DNA from: Chiloscyllium plagiosum
Lineage: Eukaryota
DNA length: 64,000 bases
Assembly (NCBI RefSeq): GCF_004010195.1
Contig: NC_057718.1
Location: 40,130,101-40,194,100 of the forward strand
Direction: 5' to 3'
The translations under genes and the position numbers were made by a program. Below the pieces are notes generated by a model. The model saw only the letters and a program-made list of their open reading frames with translations, had not been told where the DNA came from and made no database searches. Shown in pieces: positions 51,560-64,000 of the stretch (position 1 is the first letter of the stretch; each line of letters starts with the position of its first letter).

Positions 51560-54500
51560 ACAAGTCATGGAAAGAATATCCCTAGGATTAAATAAAGTTA
51601 ACTGTACTATACTCCTGTATTGAGGCCACAGGATTTAAGTATTGCACTACCAGGATTGGATTGACAGAAACAACGCAGAAGACGCAACCTCCTGCAGCAA
51701 AAACAAACTGCCTTCGTTGCACAGCAAAACAACCCAACATCACAAATTGAACAGGCAGCATTCTAACAGCTGAAGGCTGACACCTAAAGACAATATGGAA
51801 AGCAGACTGCAAATGATGAAAGAGAAAGCGCGACACTTGCAATAGCATGCTGACCATCACAACATACAAAGCATTCAGAAAGATACGAGCCAGTTACAGT
51901 ATAGACCAACCCATGGGGTCAAAATCCTCTTCATTCATAGTTTGGTATTTCTTTTCTAAATGATGAATGTCTTCCATCAATGCTGCAAAGAACATTTTCA
52001 AATACTCCTCGACCGTGACTTCACAGTTGCAACTGCACTCTCCAGGCAATCAGTTACGATCCCACGGTAGAATCCGTGGTGAATCATTATTGATAGGATA
52101 GTCATTGAGTCACAGTACAGAAAGAGGCCCTTCGGTCCAAACAGGCCATGCCGAACATAATCCCACCTGCCTGTTCCTGGCCCATATACCTCCAAACCTT
52201 ACCTATTATCCAAATATCTTTTAAACGTTGTAACTGTGGCCACATCCATCACTTCCTCAGGAAGTTCATACCATATGCGAACCACTCTCTGTATAAAAAA
52301 TTTGTCCCTCGTGTCATTTCTAAATCTCTCTCCTCTCACCTTAAAAGAAGGTGTCCATGTCTTGAAATCCTCCATCCTAGGGAAAGTGACTTACCATTTA
52401 TCCCATCCATACCTCTCATGATTTTATAAACATGAATTTGAATTAGAATCCCCACAGTGTGGAAACAGGCCCTTCAGCCTAAGAAGTCCACACCGACCCT
52501 CTGAATAGTAACTCACCCAGACCCATTCCCCTATCCTATATTTTACCCCTAATATACCTAACCTACACATTCCTGAACATTATGGGCAATTTAGCATGGC
52601 CAATTCACCTAACCCGCACATCTTTGGATTCTGAGAGGAAAGGTGCACCTGGAAGAAACCCACGCAGACATGGAGAGAATGTGCAAACTTCACACAGCAA
52701 GTTGGCCGAGGCTGGAATCAAGCCTGGGTCCCTGGTGCTGTGAGACAGCAGTGCTAACCACTGAGCCATTGGGCTGTCCTTCTATAAGATCATCTCTCAA
52801 CCTCCTAAGCTCCAGCTGAAACAAGCAATCAGACGCATGAGAAACAACAGTCTGCGAGCCCTAATAGCATTCCAGCTAAGGTTTTCAAGGTTATTGGGTT
52901 TTTATTCAAATCAATACACGACACACTTATTCTATGAATTTGGGTGGAACAAGACCACCTTATCATCTCCTCAAACTGCAGTAATACAAAAATGGCAACT
53001 ATCTTCAAGAAAGGAAAATCATGCTATGGGAACTATCATGGTATTTTCCTCCTATGCAGAGCAGGGAAAGTTCTGACAGGTGTCCTCCTGAATTATCCAC
53101 TTCTTGTGGCTGAGTAATTCCTCCCAGAGACATATTTGTGGGCCTGTGGGGCTTTTGACCTTCCACGGACACCTCAGACATGTTCCTTATCGCTAAACAA
53201 ATTCAAGGAGAATGTTGAGAACACTAATGTAATGTGGATTTTATGGTGATTAACTGGACCAAAGCATTTGATTCAAGAAAATTGCAAAACTCTCATCTCA
53301 ATCTTGCAACAGTGTCACGTAAAGACTATATGTGCACCCATCAAGTCTTCTCCACCATTCAATGAGATCACGGTTGATTTATTAGTCTTCAACTCTACTT
53401 TGTCCTAAAACCTTTGATTTCCTTACCGATTAAACATCTATCTCCACATTGAATATATTTAATAAGCCTCAATAGCTTTCGGTGGTAAAGAATTCCACAA
53501 ATTCAGTATCTTCAGAGAAGAAATTCCTCTTCATTCGACGATACGACTGCAACTGGCTTGACTGCAAGATCTTGAACAGCCTCCTTCAAAACCCGGACTG
53601 TGTTAGGCAAGGCTGTGAGATAACCCCAAACTATTTACAAGCTATCTGACGATAGTTATTCACCTCAACAAAGATCAACTGCCCTGTGGTGTCATTACAA
53701 ACTTTCACCAAGATGAAACAGTCTAACCTCAATCACCTCTGTACCAAAACTAAACTGATCACCATATACAAATATGATTATTAGTTTGCAGAAGTCTTTG
53801 GAGTCATTGCTCATCCTGAACAGGATTTGCAAAACACTCGCCATCTCTTCATTTCTGGATAGAAGAGATTTGGGCTGACCTTAAACACAGCCAAAACAAA
53901 GGTCCTATCAATGCAGATCTAGTCAGTCAAATATTCCACCTTCTATACATATGGAAAGAGACGCTCTGTAATGTGCTGTGTGTCCCCTATATCTTCGCAA
54001 TCACACTATCAAAAGTTCATCATTGGTGAGGAGATCTAATACCAGATCAGCTGGGCAAACTATGTCAGCAAATATTTGACAACGTTCACTACATTTCCAT
54101 AAAAATGCCAATTTATAGAAAAATTGTCATCACCACATTCCTGTATTGCAATGGGACATGGACTTTGCACCAAGACATACAAGAGCTAGAGAAATTTCAC
54201 CAGCAATTCCACCACATTCTCTATATTCAATGGGAGCACTGTTGAACAAATACAAGTGTCTTTCTTGAAGCCGACTCTAAGTATTCAGATAAACAACCTG
54301 AAGATCAATAATATGGACAATGACTGGACATTGTATCCAGATGGCTGAAAAGCATGTCTCCAGTCAGGTCCTAATTTTTCAAGTCACCTCTCAAAAAGCC
54401 AGCATTCAAAGGGAGGACGATGTAAATGCTACAAAGATACTCTGCAGCTCTCTATGAATTGCAGCAGCATTGACATTAGCGACTGAGAGAACTTTGCTAC

Positions 54501-54620
54501 AGATCCTTCGAAAGGGCAAGAACTTGACATTCAAGCTGCATCAGCTTCGAGTCCAAACACTTTAATAATGAGGAAACACCGTAACTCTTTGGATCCCATG
54601 ACTTATAGAATTTTCTAGCT
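51560..54620 (+). mobile_element. Degenerate RTE-clade LINE with nested insertions
   Basis: Remnants KARHLQ.HADHHN, TIFKKG...GNYHGIFLLCRAGKVL, DTSDMFLIAKQIQGEC.E, WTKAFDS and FGLTLNTAKTKVL. Confidence 0.75.
52100..52815 (-). mobile_element. CR1/HER1 3' end with nested HE1 SINE (52436-52780)
   Basis: CR1 tail ggcccttcggtccaaac... resumes after the SINE at ctataagatcatctctcaacctcc. Confidence 0.88.
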
Positions 54621-54787
54621 TATGTGGGTCAAGAATTAGCATGTTCAGTCAAGTGAAGAAACAGGCCCTTGGAAACTCCCAACATGGAGTGAATCAAGGG
54701 GCTGTTGATGGCGACAAGCCTGGGAGAATGGCACATTGAAGATAGTTTCTTTTTATTTGATTCTCCCATGACCATGACTGAATTTAG

Positions 54788-54991
54788 AGAGAAAGTGAGG
54801 GCTGCAGATGCTGGAGATCAGAGCTGAAAATGTGTTGCTGGAAAAGCGCAGCAGGTCAGGCAGCATCCAAGGAACAGGAGAATCGACGTTTCAGGCATAA
54901 GATTCCTGAAGAAGGGCTTATGCCCGAAACGTCGATTCTCCTGTTCCTTGGATGCTGCCTGACCTGCTGCGCTTTTCCAGCAACACATTTT
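54788..54991. mobile_element. Young fold-back hammerhead-family-1 element with 15-bp TSD
   Basis: 77-bp inverted arms 54825-54901 / 54917-54993 (1 mismatch); TSD catgactgaatttag at 54773-54787 and 54992-55006. Confidence 0.93.
54901..54938 (+). ncRNA. Minimal type I hammerhead ribozyme motif
   Basis: gattc-CTGAAGA-A-GGGC ttat GCCC-GAAA-C-GTC^gattc; stem I 4/5 bp with a U-U pair, stem II 4 bp, palindromic ACGU stem III, GUC triplet ending at 54933. Confidence 0.78.
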
Positions 54992-55321
54992 CATGACTGA
55001 ATTTAGTCAGACTCCAAAGGAAACTTGACCAAACACAAGATAATATTGTTTATTTGTTACTTTCCATGCCCTATGAAGGTGATGCCAAGAATGATTCTCG
55101 TGTGTCACTGGAGCATTATAAACTCTGTAAAAGTAATATAACTTTATAGCTTAAGATCTGTTGCTGAGAATTCAGGGAATGTGCTTCACAGTTCTATGTT
55201 AAATTGAGGTAATTTTCAGCACCCATGGCAACAAAGTGAGTTTCTGCTCTTGCTGTCACATTGAAGACACCCATAGTCGATTACTTAGGTAAAATTCTTC
55301 CTAACAGCCTCAAATTTTATA

Positions 55322-55550
55322 AAACAAAGAGATGCAGATGCTGGAAATCTGAAATAAAAACAGAAATTGCTGCAGAAACTCAGCAAATCTGCCAGCATCT
55401 TTGGAAAGAAAGCAGAGTTAACAAGTCTAGTGACTTCTTCAGAGTAGACCCTTCTTCAGAAAGGTCATTGGACTCAAAACATTAACTCTGCTTTCTTGCA
55501 TAGGTCCTGCTAGCCCTGCTGAGTTTCTCCTGCAATTTCTGTTTTAGCTT
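55322..55550. mobile_element. Fold-back hammerhead-family-2 element, eroded
   Basis: Arms aaaacagaaattgctgcagaaactcagc..gaaagcagagttaa / ttaactctgctttc..gctgagtttctcctgcaatttctgtttt. Confidence 0.8.
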
Positions 55551-57051
55551 CAATTATTATTTACTTGGAAAGCAGTTCCACTGCAATTGCATATCTCGAT
55601 GTGTTATACTCACAGGTGAACTTGACGTGGAGTCTTGGAATGATATTCTTTCCATTTACAAAGCAATTTGAGAATAAAATCAAATGTCTCACCCATTTAG
55701 CTGTACTGAATTATTTCTCTTCATTTATCATTTACCATAATTAGTCTACAATTGGAAAGCTAGCATTTAATACGCAGTGTGAATAAAGGGTGAGTAAGGA
55801 AGGAAAATAGTTCATCTATCCAATCGCTTGTAATAATTGGAAACTGACCCTGGTCCTTTGACTTAGATTAAACTTCAACTGAGGGAAACAGATATGAGTT
55901 GGAATCCTGGGAGTCTCAAAAATCTGGATTATTTCACCAGGTTAAAGTAGCCTAGCTGCTGCTGTCAGAATTTTCTAAGGTCGAGACAGCCTTGGGAGCT
56001 TGTGAGTAGGTAAATTGTTTTTACTTTTCATATACCAGACGAGAAAATATTTTTACAATATTGGATACAGTTCGATAGTTTCAGTTGAGTAGGGAAGCTG
56101 GTCTATTGATTTGCAGTCAGAATGACATAAAGTGGATTATACTAACTCTGTATTATAACTCTACACTTAAGAACCAGAATCGCAGTTGCAGATGGCTCCA
56201 AATGTCGAAACATAGGAGTCGTAGTAGGCAACTCAGACCATCAAGTTTACTTCACCATTCAATACAATCATGACTGATGTCCACTTCAATACCTTTCTTC
56301 CCCACACTGTCAAAGGAAACTTGCAAGAACTTGAAAATGCTTCTGGAAGCATCTTCTGTTACAACATACTCTTCCACCTGTGAAATCATTAATTCCTGTG
56401 CAACCAGGGTATGTACAAAAATCTCAACAGTTCCCAACTGAAGAAAGATTAATTAAGTGAAACTAATAACTTAAACCCAAAATATACTTCCATTGTGTGG
56501 TTAGGTCTGTTAGCGGGTGACAGTAAGGGTTCATTGAGAAAGGAGCAAGAGAGGTTTGTATTCAGAAGCCTGGTTAATCCGAACCCCAACGTCCTCATTC
56601 TTGGGAATGATCCATTGAACAACAATTCCAATAGAAAATACACTGTTGTGTCATGATTCCTAAAACGATAGTTTTGTTAGAGACTACCAGGTTTTAACAC
56701 CATTAATACAGAAATCAGTTGGCTGGATGATGGCTAGGTAGGGTGAAATACTAAACAGTCCATGCAGTTCAGAGATTGTACTGCCCTATTTTGGAAGGAT
56801 GGTGTTAGAAACAGCAGTAGGGAATAGAACAAGTCACCGGAATAGAATCATTAAATTCTGGAGAAAGAGGGTTAAAATTTCAGAACCAAGTTCCAAAGAA
56901 CAATCATATTACACTAAAAACATTAATACTGTTTAGCTCTCCACAGATGCTGTGCAACCTCTGAACCACAGGGACTCTTCACTGTTCCATCCTTCCTCTA
57001 TGTCACCCAGCCAGCTGATTTCTGATGTCAGAAGTCTTAATTTGTTAACCA

Positions 57052-57310
57052 AAAAGCAAAACACTGTGGATGGTGGAGATTTGAAATTAAAAAAAAGAGT
57101 AAGTGTTGGCGAAAGTCAGCAGGTTTGCCAATATGTGTGGAGAGAAAAACAGTGTTAAAATTTCAAAATGAAGTTCTGAAGAAGAATCATATTAGACATG
57201 AAATGTTAATACTGTTTCTTGGTCCTCAAATGCTGCCAGATCTGCTGATGTTCACCAGCACTTTCTCTTTTCATTTCAGATCTCCAGCATCCACAGTATT
57301 TTGTTTTTTT
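57052..57310. mobile_element. Fold-back hammerhead-family-2 element (another fragment at about 56860-56952)
   Basis: Arms caaaacactgtggatggtggagatttgaaat / atttcagatctccagcatccacagtattttg; centre ttCTGAAGAagaatcatattagacatGAAAtgtt. Confidence 0.8.
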
Positions 57311-58308
57311 TAACAAATTATTGGAGCACAATTGAACAGGTATTATCAGGAACATCCTCTTTTTATATACAAAAGCTAATTAGGTAGAAATGGGTGAACA
57401 TGGAATGTTCTCAGCATACATTTGGCTGGAATGAGCCTGGGTATAATTTTTCTTCCATGTAATGTGACTGGCTGGATAGAAAAAGAAAATTGCTTAACAA
57501 ATTGGTGAGTAACAAAGATGGAAGTTTACTAATTAAAAGAAAAAGATATAAATAGCAATAATGAAGGAAACAGATCAGTAGCTCAATGATCCCAATGCAG
57601 TTTCAACTCCATATACTTAACAGGTAAGATATTTTATTGCACGTGGTTAATTTACTTCACTTGAAAAGCAATTAACAGCTAAGTGGGCCACAACTTTCAC
57701 AAAACAGGCAAGAATCAGTAACAGGGCTGAAGCTTTCATCTTCATATCAAACTTTCAGAGCTAATTCCAGTGATGAGCTACCTTTAGCCGAAGTGTAAGG
57801 AAAGATTGTTTCAAGTCCAAGGTGCCAGAGGTCTCCCTATTTTTAATTATGAAACTAAATGGATATATAACTATAATTAGCCTCTGATTTGTTATAGGAA
57901 TTTTATGACTAAATTCTCTAAGACAGGCTACTCTGCAGTCGTGTTTCTACTACTTTTACAAAGTTTATCATTCATTAAATAGTATAAGTATGACCATTGA
58001 ATTTATTTATGGGTCAGATCCCAATTATGAAGTTGTTTCAACAATTAGCACTAATTATTGAGGCAACTATGTAATAACAAAACACATTTTTCTAAGTTCT
58101 TGGCTACTCATTATTGGGGGAAAAAAAGCCAACTGCTTGAATCCATGAAAACCTCCCTCTGACTTGCGTCAGTAACGTTTAGTTTATAGCATGTCTACTG
58201 CATTTTTAACTTAGATTTCAGTCAATTTTAGCTTAAGGTCAATAATCCTGTGCATAACAATGAATGATTCCTTATGATGTTTAGCCATCATTAATATTAA
58301 CTTCTCAC

Positions 58309-58402
58309 CTTCTAATACATGTGCCCACGAGGTGCCACTATCAAACCAAATATCTAAGATATCCTCTCCTTTGACATAATCAGACACATCAGAACCTCCG
58401 CT
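58309..58402 (-). CDS. IARS2: IARS2 exon (~14); upstream exons lie beyond the window
   Basis: cag|AGC...GAA G|gtgaga, 94 nt, [31 protein letters not shown] (DxWFDSG motif); not shown in this frame in the ORF track. Confidence 0.96.
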
Positions 58403-61214
58403 CTGTAGAAATAGAAAACAAAATTGTAATTGGATCTTAACAAAAATATTTCTACACTCTCCAGTTTACTAAATACAGCTGACTTACCAAACTGTCTTGC
58501 ACGTGTAAATGCAAATACTATTTTGATTTGTTTAGCATTACAAAACAGCAAACTACAGAGGTGAGGTGGAAATGATAGTCAAATATAGCCTTGATGTCAT
58601 GGGCAAAGTGTGGCATCAAAAGCTCTAGTAAAATTGGGGTGAATGGGAATCAGGTGAAAAATCTCTGCTGGTTGGAGGCATATTTAGCAAACAGGAAGAT
58701 GGTGATTGTTGGAGGTCAACCTTCTCAGTTAAAGAACATCACTGTAGCAGTTCTGTAGAAGAGTATCCTCAGCCCAGCCATCTTCAGCTGCTTCATCAAT
58801 GACCATCCCTCCAACGTAAGGTTAGAAGTGGGCATCATTTCACAATGTTCAGCATCATTTAGATCTCCTCAGGTGCTGAAGTAGTACCTGTCTAAATGCA
58901 GCCCGCCACAGACAACATTCAGGCTTGGAAGGTCAAGTCACAAATAACATTTGTACCAAATTAGTGCCATGCGATGGCCATCTCCAATCAATGTAAATTT
59001 AATTAAACCCACCCACTCTAACAGTCAATGGTATGACCATCACCGAATCTCACATTATCAACATCCTAGGGCTTACCACTGATCAGAAACTTAAGTAGAC
59101 TAGCCAAACAAATACTGTGGCTACAAAATATCAGGGGTCAGGAATCTTGTTGCAAATAACTCCTCTCCTGACACTCCCAACAAAGCACAAGTAATGACTG
59201 TGAAGGAATACCTGCTTCTTGTGTGGATGAGTGCAGTTCCAACAGTCAAACAATGTGATACTATCTAGGATACTGAACTGGCAACACATCCACAACCATT
59301 CACTCCCTCCACCATCTACACGATGCAGAGGTTCATCAAGGTCCTTTAACAGCACCTTACAAATCCACATTCACTACAATGTAGAAGGCAGCAGATACAC
59401 AGAAACACCATAGAGTTCCTCTCCAAGCCGCTCATCATCTGGACATGGAAATATATCATTGCCCCTTTAGTGTTGCTGGATTAAAATCATCAAACTCCCT
59501 TCTCCATAATAGCATTGTGGGTCTACCTACAGCACATGAAGGTAGTGAAGTTTAAGAAGGTAGCTAATCACCACTTTCTCAAGGGCAGTAAATGCTGGTC
59601 CACCCAGTGAATCCTACATCACCTGAATTAATTTTTTGCTTAAATTGTGGGAAGACTCTCTGGTCTAAATTATTCCCATATTACCACTGTGGAAAAGGTG
59701 CTGTTACACCCATGTGAAAAAAAAACTCATGGGGGTTTAGCTTCAAGCAAGATTTACTGTTTCTGTGATGCCAGCAATGGATAAAATCTGTTTGAGTTTT
59801 AATTCTGATCTAGTGTTATGGTTGATCAGTAAAGCACTGAATACCATAAGTTGCAGAATACCATATATTCATCAGATTTTACAGGATAGCTTCGGCATTT
59901 TATCTCATGGAAACACTCAAACAGCTACAGAATTTTGCAGATCTAATATGGAACTGCTGAGGACAAGCCCATTATGTTTATGCTTGTGAATAAAAAGCTA
60001 TTATTCAGCCTTATCCCATTTTCCAGCTCTTGGCATCAAGTCTTGCTGCCGACTGTACTTCAACTGCACATAGAGTCATAGGGCCACCCATGCTGACCAG
60101 GTTTCCCAAACTGAACAACTCCCACTTGCCTATGTTTGGCTCATATGCCTCAAAACTTTTCCTATCTAAGTACATGTGCAAATATCGAAGTGTATTTTTG
60201 TTAAATAATGATAAATTCTTCTGCCTCTATAATACTTTCTTGGAATGAATTCCAGACCTTCTTCATGCTTTGGATGAAAGAAAATTATTCAACTCCACTC
60301 CTATCCTTTCACATCTCTGTTAACAGCAATAGCCCTTTCCTGTCCATTCTATCTAGGCTTCTCATAATTTTATACACCTCAATTAAATCTCTCCTAATCT
60401 GCCTCATATCTCAAAACTTTTAAGTCCTGGCAATACCCTCTTAAATCAATCATTTTCATACTTTCTTTAACGTATTCACATCCTTCAGGTACTATGATAC
60501 CTGAATGTTACACAGCAATAATTATAATTTAGTTATAATACGTGTCAGATTTTGCTAAAAAATTCAAAGTCCACACTTGAATGTTATAGTACTACCATTA
60601 GTGGGAAGGAACAATTACAGAATGCCAAATTTACAAAGATTCCATTTTGAGTTTTGCCTCAACTAGTTCTTCAGCCTGTCCTAGAAAAAATTCCATGCTC
60701 TTACAGAGTTTAGTTCTCCACTTCTAAATCGTGATAAGAATATTAATTATAAATGTGAAATCAAATGACATAAAAATCACTGAATGCATGATTTAAAAAT
60801 GGGGACCCAATTACAGCCAAGTGCACAAACCAACTTAACCCCTGCTTTATCCCTTCAATTGGGATGTTGCTTCATCTTAAATCATGTGCAATACAGAAGA
60901 TGGTCAAGTATAAATTAAGAAAAGCACTACATAAAATTACCTGAATTAAATTTATTTTCTAGTTTTACTCCAAATAGTTTTGAAAATCTCAGCAAAAAAT
61001 ATGCTAGTAAGCAAAATTATTCCAGTACATCAACTCACTGAACTGTGTCAATGCACCCTTGAAAATTGGGAACCTACTTAGACTGCACAGTTTGCAATCC
61101 CGTACCATCTATCTAGTTTCTGGGTATTATTGTCCCCAATAACAAAGATAGATTGCACAACATCACCATGGCCAAGTCTCTCTCCAGCACTATGTGTGTT
61201 GATTTGAGTAGAGA

Positions 61215-61252
61215 TTCTTTGGGGGTGGAGTAGCTGCTCCACCCCCAAAGAA
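61215..61252. repeat. 38-bp GC-rich near-perfect palindrome
   Basis: ttctttgggggtggag tagctg ctccacccccaaagaa (16-bp perfect stem). Confidence 0.95.
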
Positions 61253-61591
61253 AATTAGATATAGTCCAGAGCAACTGTTTCAGTCAAGTCCATGTAAGTT
61301 TAATTTGGGAGAGGCAGCTTTACAGCCTCAATGAGGCACTCCTAGTTCAAAGGTACAGTTCAAAGTAGACAAGAACCAATTAAGCAGTATTTTAGTAATC
61401 ACATAAAAGCTGACTCAAAACAATTTTAGCTTAATCTTTCTCATTACCTACATTTTTGCAATGAAATAATTATTCCTTGGTTTAACGGAAAAGAGTTGCA
61501 ATAATTATTTTGGCACTCATTTAACTGTTACGTAAACTGTAGATAGGTACTACTGTTCCCATTTAATATAACCCAATAAATAGCTCATCAA

Positions 61592-61760
61592 ACAGTCCAA
61601 AGATGTGCAGGTCAGGTGAATTGGCTATGCTAAATTGCCCATAGTGTTAGGTAAAGGGGTAAATGTAGGGGAATGGGTGGGTTGCGCTTCGGCGGGTCGG
61701 TGTGGACTTGTTGGGCCGAAGGGCCTGTTTCCACACTGTAAAGTAATCTAATCTAATCTA
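61592..61760 (+). mobile_element. Young 5'-truncated HE1 SINE
   Basis: acagtccaaagatgtgcagg...gggccgaagggcctgtttccacactgtaaagtaatctaatctaatct; CpGs retained. Confidence 0.92.
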
Positions 61761-64000
61761 AAAAGCATTTGATAATTTTGAAATTGAAGCATCCTGCAGG
61801 ATAGCATAATATTATAGCATAAAAATGGTAGAGGTAAGAGACCAATTTAGAAGGATAGAAATTTATAAAATCTGATAAAAGATTGTAAAACTTGAATTAA
61901 AAATCACAAGGAATGTTATTAATTCTGATAATGTTCTAAAGGGAATCAATGGGCTTGTACAATTAAGTAACCATAGTTATTCAGACAAAACAAAAATTAA
62001 TCTGAACATATTACAAAACCTTTGTATAAAATAGCACTGATCAAGTAGTAGAAAACGTAATAGTATTTGACAAATGGAAAGTGTCACAATTAATCAAAGT
62101 CTGCATCTCCCTCCAGCCTATCAGTTGATTTAAAATATTACTAACCCAGGACTCTCTCTCACAAGTGTTGAATATGACTTTGAATGTTATACCAATCTTT
62201 ACTATGGACAAAACTCGGAGGAAACAATAAATCATTCTGGGTCAGTGAAATGGCTGATCCTTTGGTCCTCAAAACTTACAACTGACTTTCCACTGTGAGT
62301 AAATTAATTGACATAGATCAATCATTTACAAGAATGATACCAGGAATAAGAGATTTTAGATACAAAAAAGTAGAGAAATTGGCTTACTGACCTTGGAGCA
62401 GAGAAGATTAAGAAGTGACCTTACTGAAGTGCTCAAAATTATGAACAAAGACACAGAAAAAAAATCTTGTATGCACTTGTTCAATATTTTAAACAACCAA
62501 AACAGATAAATATAACATATTAAAAGATATAAACCACAAAGCCTGTACACACGTCTTGCTCTCTCTTCAATAAGATTAAATTATTTAATTTGAGAAATTA
62601 CTTCATACCACCAACAGCACCTTCCTAAACCACAATTTCTAAAATCTTGAAAAACAAAGACAGCAGACATATGGGAACACCAACACCTGCAAGTTTATTT
62701 ACAAGTTATGTACCATCCTTACTTGGAATTACTCCATTCTTTCACTAAGTCAAAATCTTCAAACTCCTTTCTTAATAGCATGGTGGCTGTGCCTACACCA
62801 GATACATTGCAGGGACTGAGGCACCATGCTCTCAAGGGCAATGAGGAATGGGCAACAAAATACTTGTGTGAAGTGCACACCCCGTCAAAGAACCTTTGTA
62901 AAATTGAAAGAAGGGTCATAAAGGAGATGGGGATGGTGGGGTGGGGGTTTACAGAGAGAGGGATTTCCAAAACATCAAACAGCTAAATGAGATTATAACA
63001 CTGGAGTGTTTAAGAAGGTAGGAAGCAGTGAGGCCAAAGACTTCAAATACAGGGTGAAGAAAATGAAGTTTCAGAGCTGACAGCTAAGGTACATAGTGAG
63101 GACCACAGTAATAAGCCAGCAACATGTGGGATAGAAGATAGAGTCAACACAGTGAGGTTGAAGGACTGGGAAGTGGGTATGAGAAGTATCTTTGTAGGGA
63201 GATTTATTAAAAAAAGACAAAAGTGGGACTGAGGTTGTGGTGGGGTAGCATGGGCAGAACATTAGCATTAAGAGGAAGCAGCAAAGCTAGCCTAACAGAT
63301 CAACATTACCTTGATAGCAAAATTGTGTTTCTTGCACTTTTTGTCAGAAGGGAGGTTTAAGAAAGTTTCTGACATTGGAGGAAATAGACTATAGATTATC
63401 TTTACTCCCCAAGTGATCCTGATGTAGTGGGTAATTTTGGAAGAGGCTGAAAGCAAGTAAATTTGCCTTGGCGCAGCCAGATGTGGCAATGGGTTACCAA
63501 CGCAATAAAAACATTACATTTATTCAAGTTTACACCACTTGGACTTCAAAGAGCAAAGATGGAGTTGAAGGAGTGGAATGAGTAAGATGGGGGAAACAGC
63601 AAAGATTTTGATTGGGATAACAGAATGGCAAGAAATAGCCAAGCAAATGAACAGCTTTGAATTATCATAGTATGTGATAGGCCAAAGGCTAGAAGTTATG
63701 AGTTTTGAAACTCAAATATAAGTAGCTGGATTGAGGAGCAAACTTCCTTTTTGTAAACAAAGGGCAAATATAAAGGATGTGTGCTGTAAAGGTACAAGTA
63801 GAGGTAGTAAGAGATACAAAGAATGGTCAGAAATAGTCTTAACCAAACATCTTAACCAACCATGGAGAGTACAGAAATGCATCAGTAGATGTTTTTCAAG
63901 TTGGATGTGCAAGTGTTGGAATGTGGTAGTTTGTGGAGTAGTGTACTAAACAAAGTGAGCCACTAGCAACGACAGCAAGCTTTCAGATTATGAAAAAAAT

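Noticed and set aside
58403..64000. Search for the next upstream IARS2 exon (expected ...GSDxWW... peptide)
   Set aside because: No matching frame found; the intron continues beyond the window
1..64000. Remaining 60-150 aa ORFs in the supplied track
   Set aside because: They are fragments or antisense frames of repeats, or random intronic ORFs, with no independent support

Overview
Vertebrate nuclear DNA, not prokaryotic. The repeat content (HE1/V-SINEs with (TAATC)n tails, SacSINE1-like Deu-SINEs, CR1/HER1 LINEs) points to a shark; that assignment is inference. The window holds the 3' ends of two convergent genes. RAB3GAP2 (+) has its last 6 coding exons here (1747-8440). IARS2, the mitochondrial isoleucyl-tRNA synthetase (-), has its last 10 coding exons here (58402 down to 11375), including the KMSKS motif and the C-terminal CPRC...CPRC zinc finger. 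All 16 exons have GT-AG boundaries and consistent phases. Exon numbers are counted back from human gene structures recalled from memory. The introns are filled with CR1, L2, RTE, Rex/Babar, Vingi-like and Penelope-like elements, SINEs and two Tigger-like MITEs. The most interesting signal is a set of at least four families of Penelope-related elements, mostly short and fold-back, several bounded by 13-17 bp target-site duplications (TSDs). They carry minimal type I hammerhead ribozyme cores (CUGAnGA-N-stem II-GAAA-palindromic stem III), and three near-intact cores lie sense within the IARS2 pre-mRNA. Repeat boundaries are approximate. There are two N gaps (13132-13287, 36685-36812).
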